Positions 28,425-37,887 of a stretch of 64,000 bases of DNA are shown in pieces; the stretch's first letter is position 1, and the number at the start of each line of letters is the position of its first letter. Source of the stretch: an uncultured Actinomycetota bacterium (GTDB taxonomy: Bacteria; Actinomycetota; Actinomycetes; Mycobacteriales; Jatrophihabitantaceae); contig CAWCQT010000001.1 of assembly GCA_963797785.1 (NCBI GenBank), positions 2,494-66,493 of the forward strand, written 5' to 3'. The notes beneath the pieces are model-generated. The model saw nothing but the letters and a program-made list of their open reading frames with translations. It searched no databases and had not been told where the DNA came from. Both the position numbers and the translations under genes were made by a program.

Positions 28425-29521
28425 CGCAACGCCTCGATCCGCTCAACATCCACCTCGACGCCCAACCCTGGACCGTCCGGAACGCGCAGCTGACCGTCTT
28501 TGATCACCGGTGCCGTTACCACGATGTCCGTCGGGTACCGCAACGGACCGACGACATCGGACTCGTAGCCAAGGTTCGGTACCGCAACACCTACATGCGC
28601 GCATGCGGCAGTGGCCAGGCCGAGCTCGCACTGACTGCCGAGCAGCCCTACCAGACCGGCAGCCTCGGCCGCGGCGAAGGCCTTCCATGCTTGCAGTGGG
28701 CCCCCTACCTCAGTGACGTAGATGTTCAGGACGTCAGCGGCACCGCGACGAACGATCTCCCCTATGTCGCGCAGGGTCCAGCACGACTCGTCGAGCATGA
28801 GCGGAGTCCGCAACTTGTCGCGCAGCCGGGCCAGCTCGTCAAGGTCCCGCGGTGGCAGCGGCTGTTCGATGAGTTGTAGCTGCAGCTCCTCCAACGGCGC
28901 GAGAGCTGCGTATGCCTCACCCGCGCTGCGATAGGCCATGTTCGCATCGACCTTGATGGCTACTTCTGCGCCGACCGCATCGCGCACGGCGGCAACCACA
29001 TCATGGTCGATCCGGCCTGGTCGGCCAACCTTCAACTTGACTACTGCGAAGCCGTTCTCAACTGCGCGCACCGCCGTTTCGGTGGTCTGCTCGACAGACC
29101 CCCATGGCAGCGGCCAGGCGACCGGCACCGATTCCCGGACTCGGCCGCCGAGCAACCGATACGCCGGCACGCCAAGGGCCTTTCCGGCGATATCGAGCAG
29201 GGCCATCTGAACGGCCGCCTTCGCGGCGTGGGCGCCATCGGTCGGCAGATCCAGACGCCGGTCGACGGCTAGCCCGCAGGCAGCCAGGTCACGCGGATCC
29301 ATTCCGTGAACGGCCGGCGCGATGCTGAGCTCAACGTCGCGGCACAACGCCCGGCCCACGCGGCCCCACGACATCGCGATCTCACCCCAGCCAGTGATGT
29401 CTGCGTCTGTGTCTACGCGAACGACACCGAATTCCGATACATCGATGGAGCCCTGTGTGGCGACCATCGGGGTGATCCGCGGTACCGAGATCGGCGTCGC
29501 TGTGATGCGGGTGATGCGCAT
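28415..29521 (-). CDS. mandelate racemase/muconate lactonizing enzyme (enolase superfamily)
   Basis: VKLKVG, KVDAN, LIEQP, MLDES; NIYVTEVGG at strand 6. Confidence 0.9.
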   Translation of the reverse strand: MRITRITATPISVPRITPMVATQGSIDVSEFGVVRVDTDADITGWGEIAMSWGRVGRALCRDVELSIAPAVHGMDPRDLAACGLAVDRRLDLPTDGAHAAKAAVQMALLDIAGKALGVPAYRLLGGRVRESVPVAWPLPWGSVEQTTETAVRAVENGFAVVKLKVGRPGRIDHDVVAAVRDAVGAEVAIKVDANMAYRSAGEAYAALAPLEELQLQLIEQPLPPRDLDELARLRDKLRTPLMLDESCWTLRDIGEIVRRGAADVLNIYVTEVGGPLQAWKAFAAAEAAGLVGLLGSQCELGLATAACAHVGVAVPNLGYESDVVGPLRYPTDIVVTAPVIKDGQLRVPDGPGLGVEVDVERIEALRCA

Positions 29522-29590
29522 GCCTTCAGCCCACCGCTACCGGACAGTCATACGTACGCACGGACGGCACAGGACTGTCCGTGCGGACCG

Positions 29591-30643
29591 TCAACGGTCC
29601 TCGGAAACATCAGCGACCACCTCACGAAGCGGGTATTCCTCTGCTGGCACCGGTGGCTGTTCGCCGGCGAAATGGCAGGCCGCTGACGAGTCATGGCCGC
29701 CGGCGCGCAGCACCGGCCGCTCGGTCAGGCAAACCTCCGGGCGGCCAAGTGTCTTCCACAATGGACAGCGCGAGACGAACGGGCAGCCGGTCTGCTCGCC
29801 TGACGCATGGCTGAGTTCTCCCTGCATGACTTCGCGATGAAACCCGCCCCCGGGCCGGAACGTCGGGATCGATGAGACCAACGCTCGCGTGTACGGATGC
29901 GCCGGGCGCTCCAGGATCGAGGCCCGAGAACCTATCTCGACAAGCTGACCGAGATAGAGGACCGCGATGCGGTCGCATAGGAACGAGACCGCGCGCAGAT
30001 CGTGACTTATGAAGAGCATCGTCAGGTCGAACTCACGCTTCAACCTTGAGAACAGGTTGAGCACCTGCGCCTGTACTGACACGTCGAGCGCTGACACCGG
30101 CTCGTCCGCGACGACGAGCCGAGGACCGACGAGCAAGGCGCGGGCAATGCCCAGGCGTTGCCGTTGCCCGCTACTGAGCTGTTGCGGGTACCGGTCGAGC
30201 AGTTCAGGCGAGAGTCCGACGTGCTCCAACATGTCAGTGACAGCAGACGCCCGTTCCGAACCGGATGCCAGACCGTGGATTCGGAACGGATCGTTGAGCA
30301 CCGAGCCGACTGTGCGTCGCGAATTGAAGGCGCTTTGAGTGTTCTGGAAGATCATCTGAACATCGCGGCAGAACGCGAGCGACTCGCGACGACGCAGCGA
30401 AGCGATGTCGACGCCGTCGAGTTCTATCCTTCCCGCCGTGGGCTTCTCGAGCCGGACGATCATCCGCCCCACTGTGGTTTTTCCGGAACCGCTCTCACCG
30501 ACCAGCCCTAAGGTCTCGCCTCGGTGCACTTCGAGGGACACCGTGTCCACCGCGCGCAGCAGTGGACGGGTGAGCCCCGGTCCTCGAGAACGGAACGTCT
30601 TGGCCAGATCCCGCAGCGCGATCAGCGGCGCAGTCGCGGTCAT
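29591..30643 (-). CDS. dipeptide/oligopeptide-type ABC transporter ATP-binding protein
   Basis: GESGSGKTT, LSSGQRQR, VVADEP, HPYT, GCPFVSRC. Confidence 0.95.
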   Translation of the reverse strand: MTATAPLIALRDLAKTFRSRGPGLTRPLLRAVDTVSLEVHRGETLGLVGESGSGKTTVGRMIVRLEKPTAGRIELDGVDIASLRRRESLAFCRDVQMIFQNTQSAFNSRRTVGSVLNDPFRIHGLASGSERASAVTDMLEHVGLSPELLDRYPQQLSSGQRQRLGIARALLVGPRLVVADEPVSALDVSVQAQVLNLFSRLKREFDLTMLFISHDLRAVSFLCDRIAVLYLGQLVEIGSRASILERPAHPYTRALVSSIPTFRPGGGFHREVMQGELSHASGEQTGCPFVSRCPLWKTLGRPEVCLTERPVLRAGGHDSSAACHFAGEQPPVPAEEYPLREVVADVSEDR

Positions 30644-31698
30644 GAGATCTCCGCCTCCCAGAGCGCAGAGGCCTCAGCCACGAAGTGGCAGCGACTTTCC
30701 CGACCGTTGTCGAGGATATGCAGTCGCGGAGCTTCGGCGGTGCACTGTTCGGGCTCGTCCAGCCGCCGCCGCAGCTGGCACCGCGCGGCGAAACGGCAAC
30801 CTGAGGGCCAGTTCTGCGCGCTGGGCGGTGCGCCTGGAATGGTGGCCAACTGTTCGGGTCGTTCGCCGCCAAGGGGTGGAACGGCCTCGAGCAATGCCTG
30901 CGTATAGGGGTGTGCTGGTTTGCTGCACACGTCCACGACTCGGCCCGACTCGACGATCTGGCCCGCATACATCACCAGAACCCGATCGCAGATCTCGGTC
31001 ACCGTCGTCACGTCGTGCGTGACGTACAGAATGCTGGTCTGTGACTGCTCACGAATGTCGATGAGAAGCTTGAGGATCTGGGCCTGGATGGTGACATCGA
31101 GCGCGGTCGTGGGCTCGTCTGCGATGAGCAAAGACGGCCCCAGCTGCACACCCATCGCGATCGCGACGCGCTGCTGCATACCGCCGGAGAGCTCGTGCGG
31201 GTATTGCCTGCTCTGAGTCTGCGGGTTGGGCAAGCCGACCTTTCCGAGGATGTCGAGCACCCGTGACCGACGCTCCGATTTGGTGATGTTGGGGATGTGA
31301 GCGGTCAGCCCCTCGCCGACCTGCGTCTCGATCCGGGTCACGGGATTGAGCGCGGCGCCGGCGTCCGGTGGGATATAGGCCAGCTGCCTACCCCGAATCT
31401 GAGACAGCTCGCGCCGACTGATCGAGGCGAGGTCCCGGCCGTCGAGGCGCACCGATCCGGCGACGATTCGTCCTGGCCTGGGCACGAGGCCGAAGACAGC
31501 CAGCATCGTGACGCTCTTTCCGCTTCCCGACTCCCCCAACACACCGACGATCTCGCCGGCACCGACCGAGAAGCTCACGCCGTCGACCGCATGCACCGTC
31601 CCGTGCCGCATCTCGAAGTTCACCGACAGATCCGTTACCTCCAGCACGACCTCCTTGACCGGCTGTGGTGCGGACGGGGCGACCGCGGCGTCGGTCAT
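30640..31698 (-). CDS. dipeptide/oligopeptide-type ABC transporter ATP-binding protein
   Basis: GESGSGKS, LSGGMQQR, LIADEPTTALD, HPYT, GCRFAARC. Confidence 0.95.
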   Translation of the reverse strand: MTDAAVAPSAPQPVKEVVLEVTDLSVNFEMRHGTVHAVDGVSFSVGAGEIVGVLGESGSGKSVTMLAVFGLVPRPGRIVAGSVRLDGRDLASISRRELSQIRGRQLAYIPPDAGAALNPVTRIETQVGEGLTAHIPNITKSERRSRVLDILGKVGLPNPQTQSRQYPHELSGGMQQRVAIAMGVQLGPSLLIADEPTTALDVTIQAQILKLLIDIREQSQTSILYVTHDVTTVTEICDRVLVMYAGQIVESGRVVDVCSKPAHPYTQALLEAVPPLGGERPEQLATIPGAPPSAQNWPSGCRFAARCQLRRRLDEPEQCTAEAPRLHILDNGRESRCHFVAEASALWEAEIS

Positions 31699-32555
31699 GC
31701 GCCGGTCCGCCGGGTGTCGAGCCAGTCGCGAACCGAGTCCCCCAGCAGGTTGACCGCAAGGACGGTCAGGAGGATCGGCACGCCGACGACCACTCCGAGC
31801 TCGGGTCGGGTCAGAATGAATTGTCTGCTCTCGACGAGCAACGAGCCCCACGACGGCTGCGGCGGCTGCACGCCGAGGCCCAGGAAGCCCAGAGCGGCCT
31901 CATCCAGAATCATGAATCCCAGTAAAACCGTGGTCTGCACCAACACCAGCGGAATCAGACCGCTCAGCACCTCCACGCACACGATGCGAAGATGCGACGC
32001 ACCTAGCACGCGACATGCATCGACATAACCGCGACTGCGCAGATCCACGACTGCCGCGCGGATCAGCCGCGTGTAGGCCGGCCACGACGACAGGCCGAGG
32101 GCGAGCAACGTAGTGGTCAGCGATGGTCCCAACAAACCAACGATACCGATCGCGATCAACAGAGATGGGACCGCGAAGAACACATCGGTGATCCGAGTGA
32201 GGATGAGGTCGACCGCGCCGCCGACGTACCCGGTCAGCACCCCGATGGGCAACGCGATCGCGGTGGTCAGGAGCACGGCGCTGGCCGCAATGAACATCGT
32301 CGCGCGGCCACCGTAGACGATCCGGCTCGCGATGTCCCGGCCCAGCGAGTCGGTGCCCAACCAGTGCGCCGAGCTCCAGTGGGCGAGCGGTATGTCGGTG
32401 TGCAGCTTATAAGGGTCCTGGCCCACAATCATCGGTCCGATTGCAATGATTCCGATGACGAGGACCCCGAGGATCGCGCCGACCGTGGTTCGCGCAGTGA
32501 GCCGGCGTGACCGAGTTGTCGACTCGACCACGAGGACGGTCGATATGGCGCTCAT
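31695..32555 (-). CDS. dipeptide/oligopeptide-type ABC transporter permease (DppC-like)
   Basis: HWLGTDSLGRDIASRIVYGGR, EAALGFLGLGVQPPQPSWG, NLLGDSVRD. Confidence 0.95.
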   Translation of the reverse strand: MSAISTVLVVESTTRSRRLTARTTVGAILGVLVIGIIAIGPMIVGQDPYKLHTDIPLAHWSSAHWLGTDSLGRDIASRIVYGGRATMFIAASAVLLTTAIALPIGVLTGYVGGAVDLILTRITDVFFAVPSLLIAIGIVGLLGPSLTTTLLALGLSSWPAYTRLIRAAVVDLRSRGYVDACRVLGASHLRIVCVEVLSGLIPLVLVQTTVLLGFMILDEAALGFLGLGVQPPQPSWGSLLVESRQFILTRPELGVVVGVPILLTVLAVNLLGDSVRDWLDTRRTGA

Positions 32556-33496
32556 GTCAACCGCACCCGTGGGTCGAGGATCGCCTGGATGAGTTCCGCG
32601 GCCAGGTTGACGACGAGGAAGATGACGCCGTAGATCAGCACCAACGCCTGCACCATCGAATAGTCACGTTGGTTGACGGAGTTGACGATCAAGGTTCCCA
32701 TCCCCGGCCACCCGAACAGCGCCTCGATGACCACCGATCCGCCGAGCAGACCGCCGACAGTGAGGGCGATCGCGGCCGTCATCGGCGGCCATGTGTTGCG
32801 TAGTACGTAGCGGAACGAGATGCTGCGCTCCGAGAGTCCCTTCGCCCGGGCAAAGTTGACTGACGGCTGTTGCACGATGTCCACGACCGCAGTCCGCGTC
32901 AGTCGGGCTAGGTACGGGCTCAGCGCGAATCCCAACACCAGGCACGGCATGATCGAAAGCTGCAAGCTGCGGGCCGGATCGGAGAAGAACGCGACATACC
33001 CCTGGCTCGGCAACAGCCTCAGCTTCAACCCGACGAATAGAAGCAGCAACGTCCCCACCCAAAAGGACGGCAGCCCGAGTCCGACCAACGTCATCGACGT
33101 GACGATCTGATCGAGTCGCGAACCAGGGCGCTTGCCGGCCGCCAAACCTGCCGGAATCGCCAGCAACATCATGACCAGGCCGCCGCCGATGGCCAGCTGG
33201 ATGGTCTGTGGAAGGTGGGCGGTAACGATGGGCCCGATCGGCTGTTGGGAGCGGAACGACACTCCGAGACTTCCGTGCCCGAGCTGGCTCAGCCACTCCC
33301 AGTACTGCGCCCACACGGGGCGATCCAGGCCGAACCGCTGTCTGAGTTGTGCGACCAGAACAGGGTTGCTGTTGACCCCGAGCATCGCGGTGACCGGGTC
33401 ACCGGGAATCGCGCGAACGTATAAGAATGAGACGATCGACAGACCGAACAACAGCGGAATCATCAGCGCCACTCGACGCAGCGCGTAGCTCAGCAT
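32552..33496 (-). CDS. dipeptide/oligopeptide-type ABC transporter permease (DppB-like)
   Basis: IPGDPV, FGLDRP, SLGVSF, ARAKGLS, VIEALFGWPGMG, ILDPRV. Confidence 0.95.
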   Translation of the reverse strand: MLSYALRRVALMIPLLFGLSIVSFLYVRAIPGDPVTAMLGVNSNPVLVAQLRQRFGLDRPVWAQYWEWLSQLGHGSLGVSFRSQQPIGPIVTAHLPQTIQLAIGGGLVMMLLAIPAGLAAGKRPGSRLDQIVTSMTLVGLGLPSFWVGTLLLLFVGLKLRLLPSQGYVAFFSDPARSLQLSIMPCLVLGFALSPYLARLTRTAVVDIVQQPSVNFARAKGLSERSISFRYVLRNTWPPMTAAIALTVGGLLGGSVVIEALFGWPGMGTLIVNSVNQRDYSMVQALVLIYGVIFLVVNLAAELIQAILDPRVRLT

Positions 33497-33560
33497 AGGC
33501 CGATTGTCGCGCAGCGGTGGCCGCCCGGGTCATCCCGGACGGCCACGAGGGCGGCTGCTT

Positions 33561-35153
33561 TCATGAACCGGTGGCGACCCGTAGGGCATAGGAACCCGTT
33601 GCGGTACCCGGAATGAAGTTCTTGATCTTGTTGCTGACCACCTGCTGCGACCACTGGAAACCATCGACGAGGATCGGCAGGTTGGTCGCCTGCCACTGCT
33701 GAAGCTGACCGAACAGCTGCTTCGACTTCGCGTCGTCAGGCGTCGACACCGCTTCGTCGATCTGAGCATCGATCGCAGGGTCATTCAGATGAGTGGTCAG
33801 GGCGGTGAGCGATCCGCCGGAGTGGAACCAGTTTTCGAAGAGATCGATGGTGCTGGTCGCACCCGCTCCGCCGTGATACATAAGGAACGCGTTCTTGCCA
33901 GCTTCGGTGTAGAACGAAGCCGGATCGTGCGCCTGCGGCGTGATCTTGAACCCGATGTCGGCCATGTTGCTCTGCAGCAGTTGGGTGTGGCAGGCAGCGG
34001 CCGTCCAGTTCGACTCATAAGGAACGGTTACCGCAAGCTGCGTACCGTCCTTGACGCCGCTGACGCCCTCGGCAACCCGGAACTTGCCGCCTTTGTCCTT
34101 CCAACCGGCCTGATCGAGCAGCTGCTTCGCCTTGTCGACCGCTTCGGATCGCGACGACGTCTTGTACGGCTCGACCGTCAGATAGTCGTCGGAGCCCGGG
34201 ATCAGGACGTTGCCGTAAGCAGCGGCGCCGGTGCCGAACCAGCACGTCTTTCGCACCGCATCGCGATCGAGTGCGTACGCGACCGCCTGACGGACGCTGA
34301 GATTGTTGAACGGAGCCTTGCTCGTATCCCAGGCGAAGAAGGTCGGACTGATCGTCTTGCCCTGCACAACCTGCACGGTGTTGTTCTTCTTGACTTCGCT
34401 CACCGCCGAGTAGTCTACCGAGCCGAAGTCGGCACTACCGGACTCCACGGCAGCCACATCCGAGGTCGGATCCGACGAGAACTTATAGTCGATGGACGTG
34501 ATCTTCGGTAGCTGCGGGTAGTTCTTGTTGACCTCGAACTTCATCTCGCTGGCCGGCACGTAGCTGGTGAGCTGCCATGGGCCTGACGTGGCCGTCGGCT
34601 TGGTGAAGTACTTGCTGTTTCCTTCGACGGCTTTGCGCGACAGGATGCCGGAGTTGCCGAAGCGTCCCACGGTGTCCAGGAATCCGCGGTCCGGCTTAGC
34701 CAAAGTGAACTCGGCAGTGTGATCGTCGACCGCGGTCACCTTCGTCATGTTCTTCAGCAGGTTCGTGTACGTCGTGGCGGTCTTGAGCCGCTCAAACGTG
34801 AAGACCACATCGTCAGCCGTCACCTTCGACCCGTCGCTGAAGCCCGCCTTGTCACGCAGGACGAAGGTGTAGGTGAGTCCATCGGCTGATGCCTTCCAGG
34901 ACTTGGCCAATGCGCCGACCCACTCACCGTCGGCATTGCGCTCGATGAGGGTCTCGAACATCATCGCCATCGGTACGCGGGACGCGTCCGCCGCCGCGAC
35001 GTTCGGGTCGAAGCCCTGGCTCGGCTCGACCGAGAGCATCGTGACCGAAAGCGACTTCCCACCCTTGGAGGAGGACGGTGTGGAGCTGCTGCAGGCAACC
35101 AACGTCATCGCAAACGCTACTAAGACACAGGACACTGCTGCGCGAATTCGCAT
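33561..35153 (-). CDS. family 5 ABC transporter substrate-binding lipoprotein
   Basis: LVAC lipobox; FETLI, LAKSW, YTFVLR...FSDGSKVTADDVVFTF, TSGPW, VRQAVAYALDR. Confidence 0.93.
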   Translation of the reverse strand: MRIRAAVSCVLVAFAMTLVACSSSTPSSSKGGKSLSVTMLSVEPSQGFDPNVAAADASRVPMAMMFETLIERNADGEWVGALAKSWKASADGLTYTFVLRDKAGFSDGSKVTADDVVFTFERLKTATTYTNLLKNMTKVTAVDDHTAEFTLAKPDRGFLDTVGRFGNSGILSRKAVEGNSKYFTKPTATSGPWQLTSYVPASEMKFEVNKNYPQLPKITSIDYKFSSDPTSDVAAVESGSADFGSVDYSAVSEVKKNNTVQVVQGKTISPTFFAWDTSKAPFNNLSVRQAVAYALDRDAVRKTCWFGTGAAAYGNVLIPGSDDYLTVEPYKTSSRSEAVDKAKQLLDQAGWKDKGGKFRVAEGVSGVKDGTQLAVTVPYESNWTAAACHTQLLQSNMADIGFKITPQAHDPASFYTEAGKNAFLMYHGGAGATSTIDLFENWFHSGGSLTALTTHLNDPAIDAQIDEAVSTPDDAKSKQLFGQLQQWQATNLPILVDGFQWSQQVVSNKIKNFIPGTATGSYALRVATGS

Positions 35154-35261
35154 GCGAGATCCCCTCATATGCCGCCTACGAATGGGCGCTCGTGACCAGG
35201 CGGTTCGGCTGACTAGGTGGCTACGGTAGGGCGGACGCCTGGTGCGAGTCAAGACCCATGC

Positions 35262-35375
35262 CCTAGGTCATAAGATGGTTACACGCCGGAGATGAGGCCC
35301 TATGTGTCACAACATCGGGACCAGCCGTAGGACCTATGACAGATCTGTTGCCTCCTGAAAGCCGATCCCCTAGGT
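35262..35375. promoter_or_regulatory. divergent promoter region with three CCTAGGT-type operator sites
   Basis: CCTAGGT-CATAAGA (35262-35275), CGTAGGA-CCTATGA (35326-35339), CCTAGGT (35369-35375). The minus strand has TTGACT-N18-TACCGT before the SBP gene. Confidence 0.6.
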
Positions 35376-35403
35376 TCGGTCGCAACGAGAGGACCTGATC
35401 ACC

Positions 35404-36138
35404 GTGCCGACACTCGCACTGCCGGGCCGTTACTACCGCCTGTACCCGACGATCAGCAGCCCGTTGGGCGCCGCGGTCGAGCAACTCACCCTCGGCAAGG
35501 ACGACACCGCCCTGCTGCTCGTCGATGTTTACGGCGCCGGCTTCGACGACGACCAACCCGATGGGTTGACCGGAATCTACGAGCCGGACCCGGTCATCCG
35601 CAGCATTGTGCGAGACAAGATCCGACCGGTGAAGGACGCTGCCCGCGCCGCCGGTCTGCCGACGATCTACCTGACCAACTATCTGTCCTCCGGCCTTGAT
35701 GAGGGCAATGAGTGGCGCACCATGTCTCTGCGCGTGTGCGATGTCGATGTCCTGGATGCCTGGCGACCGCCGAACGCGATCCTGGAGCACTCGAAGATCA
35801 TTGCGCCGGACGAGCAGGACGTCGTGGTGCCGAAGCAGATGTACAGCGGCTTCTTCGAGACCAATCTCGACAGCGTGCTGCGCAACCGTGGCATCCACAA
35901 CCTGGTCGTGGTCGGTTTCGACAGCCGCGTCTGTTTGGGTAGCACGGTCACCGACGCGTTGTTCCGCAACTACCGCGTTGTGGTGTTGCGAGACTGCGTA
36001 CGCACCTTTGAGTTCCCGGAGACGAAGGAGGGCGAGTGGGCCAACTTCGTCGCGATCCGCCACATCGAATGCAACGTGGGTTACACCGCGACCTCAGCCG
36101 ACTTCATCGAGGCCTGCGACGCGGCTACCAGCCAGTGA
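35404..36138 (+). CDS. cysteine hydrolase (isochorismatase family)
   Basis: LLLVDV, VPKQMYSGFFETNLDSVLR, VVGFDSRVCL (Asp-Lys-Cys triad). Confidence 0.88.
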   Translation: MPTLALPGRYYRLYPTISSPLGAAVEQLTLGKDDTALLLVDVYGAGFDDDQPDGLTGIYEPDPVIRSIVRDKIRPVKDAARAAGLPTIYLTNYLSSGLDEGNEWRTMSLRVCDVDVLDAWRPPNAILEHSKIIAPDEQDVVVPKQMYSGFFETNLDSVLRNRGIHNLVVVGFDSRVCLGSTVTDALFRNYRVVVLRDCVRTFEFPETKEGEWANFVAIRHIECNVGYTATSADFIEACDAATSQ

Positions 36139-36146
36139 GCAGACCG

Positions 36147-36917
36147 ATGCAATTGGTCGATGCACACGTTCACCTGGGCCCCCCCGAATACGCAGCGAAA
36201 CCGGCTCTCGACGAGGCGATGCGCTCGGAGCGCATCGATCAAGCGGTCCTGGTTCAGCATTTGGGCAACACCGACAACGACTACTTGGCGGCAGCACGGG
36301 CGTCAGACCCCGATCGCTTTGCGGCCATCGCGATCATCGCCAGCGTGCCCGAGGTCGAGGGTGCCCTCGACGGGGGATTTGCCGGGCTGCGGCTCGCGCC
36401 AGCGGGCCTTGCTGGTCCGGACGGCCGCGACGTGTTTGATGCACTCGCCGACAAGGGTGCTGTCGTCAGCGTCACCGGGCCATTGGCCGACGTGATCTCC
36501 GGGGACTTCCGCGCTACGGTCCGGTCTCATCCGAGCGTGCATTTTCGGATCGAGCACGTCGGCGGGTTCCGCTACGGCGAATCGACGACCGATCTGGAGG
36601 ACTTCGCTCGCCTGCTGAAGCTGGCGGCGGAGCCGAACGTCTCGCTGATGTGGTCAGGGTTCTTCCTCAACGCTGGCAGCGAATACCCCTACTTGAACGC
36701 ACACCCCTACCTCCTCGAGTCCCTTGCTGCGTTCGGCGCCTCTCGGATCATGTGGAGCGGCGACTGGAACCGTGCCGACCGCAGGGCCGATGACTACCGA
36801 CTCGCGGCTGAACTGGTCGGCCGGATGGTCGCCAGTCCCGATGAACAAGCGGCGATCCTCGCCGGCACCGCCCAGCGCGTGTTCGGCTTGCCACGCCATT
36901 GCGCCGAAGGGTTCTGA
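36147..36917 (+). CDS. amidohydrolase, sugar-acid/LigI-type lactonase-like
   Basis: VDAHVH, AVLVQ, DNDYL, GLRL, RIEHVG, RIMWSGDW. Confidence 0.75.
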   Translation: MQLVDAHVHLGPPEYAAKPALDEAMRSERIDQAVLVQHLGNTDNDYLAAARASDPDRFAAIAIIASVPEVEGALDGGFAGLRLAPAGLAGPDGRDVFDALADKGAVVSVTGPLADVISGDFRATVRSHPSVHFRIEHVGGFRYGESTTDLEDFARLLKLAAEPNVSLMWSGFFLNAGSEYPYLNAHPYLLESLAAFGASRIMWSGDWNRADRRADDYRLAAELVGRMVASPDEQAAILAGTAQRVFGLPRHCAEGF

Positions 36918-36918
36918 C

Positions 36919-37887
36919 ATGTCGGAGTTCGCGGATCTCGGGGTAGCCATCGTCGGCCCGGGAGCCATCGGCGACGTGCACGCCAGCGCACTGGTCAGCA
37001 GTGGCATCGCGGTTCGAGCGGTCGTCGGGCCGATCCCTGACGAACTGGACGAGTTCGCCACCAAGCATCGAGTGGCCCGCACTTACCCCAGCCTCGACGA
37101 GCTGCTGAGCCAAGACGACATCCACGGTGTCATCATTGCGACGCCCAGCCATCTTCACGCGCAGCAATCGATCGCAGTGCTGGAGTCAGGCAAGCACGTG
37201 TTGTCCGAGATCCCGCTGAGCCTCAACCTGGCCGACGCGCAGTCCGTCGTCGACTGTGCCGAGCGGTCCTCCAAGATCGCGATGGTGGGGCACACCCTGC
37301 GCTACTGGGAACCGCACCGCAGACTGCAGCAGTCGCTGCAGGATCTGGAGATCGTGCCGTCTCAAGTGGTGGTGCGGTCGGTGATGCTGCGCCACACGAA
37401 TGTCGGTTGGACGGGTCGACTGCGGGACTGGACCGACAGCGTCCTCTGGCATCAGGGCGGCCACGCGATGGACGCGGCGTTGTGGCATCTGCGCGATCCC
37501 GAAGGCGTGACCGTTGCCGGTGGACCGGGTCCAGTCTGGCCACCGACAGACACTCAGATGGACGTTGCCGCTGTGCTGACCACACGCGATCAACGACTGG
37601 CCCTGGTGTCGCTCTCCTTTCACAGCAGGATCGCGTTGAGCGACTTTCTGGTGATCTCCCCCGAGCACTCGCTCCTCGTCGACGAGGGCCGGCTTGTGCT
37701 GGACGGCGACGTCGTATACGACGCCGGCAGCGTCGCCGATGCACAGACGGCGGCTGTCGTCGCGCAGGATCTCGACTTCGCCCGAGCGATCACAACCGGG
37801 AGCGCCCCTGAGGTGACTGCCGCCGATGTATTTCCAGCTATGCGGGCCCTGCAGGCTCTGTCGGCCGGGGCTGTCCACCGCCGCTGA
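36919..37887 (+). CDS. Gfo/Idh/MocA oxidoreductase, LigC-like subgroup
   Basis: IATPSHLHAQQ, HVLSEIPL, RHTN...RDWTDSVLWHQGGHAMD (LigC-type RSWTDHLLWHH pattern). Confidence 0.8.
   Translation: MSEFADLGVAIVGPGAIGDVHASALVSSGIAVRAVVGPIPDELDEFATKHRVARTYPSLDELLSQDDIHGVIIATPSHLHAQQSIAVLESGKHVLSEIPLSLNLADAQSVVDCAERSSKIAMVGHTLRYWEPHRRLQQSLQDLEIVPSQVVVRSVMLRHTNVGWTGRLRDWTDSVLWHQGGHAMDAALWHLRDPEGVTVAGGPGPVWPPTDTQMDVAAVLTTRDQRLALVSLSFHSRIALSDFLVISPEHSLLVDEGRLVLDGDVVYDAGSVADAQTAAVVAQDLDFARAITTGSAPEVTAADVFPAMRALQALSAGAVHRR

Noticed and set aside
29545-29584. GTCATAC half-site and GCACGGAC hairpin before the second enolase as an extra operator or terminator
   Set aside because: Only a partial motif match, and the stem has a mismatch on the transcribed strand and no U-tract.
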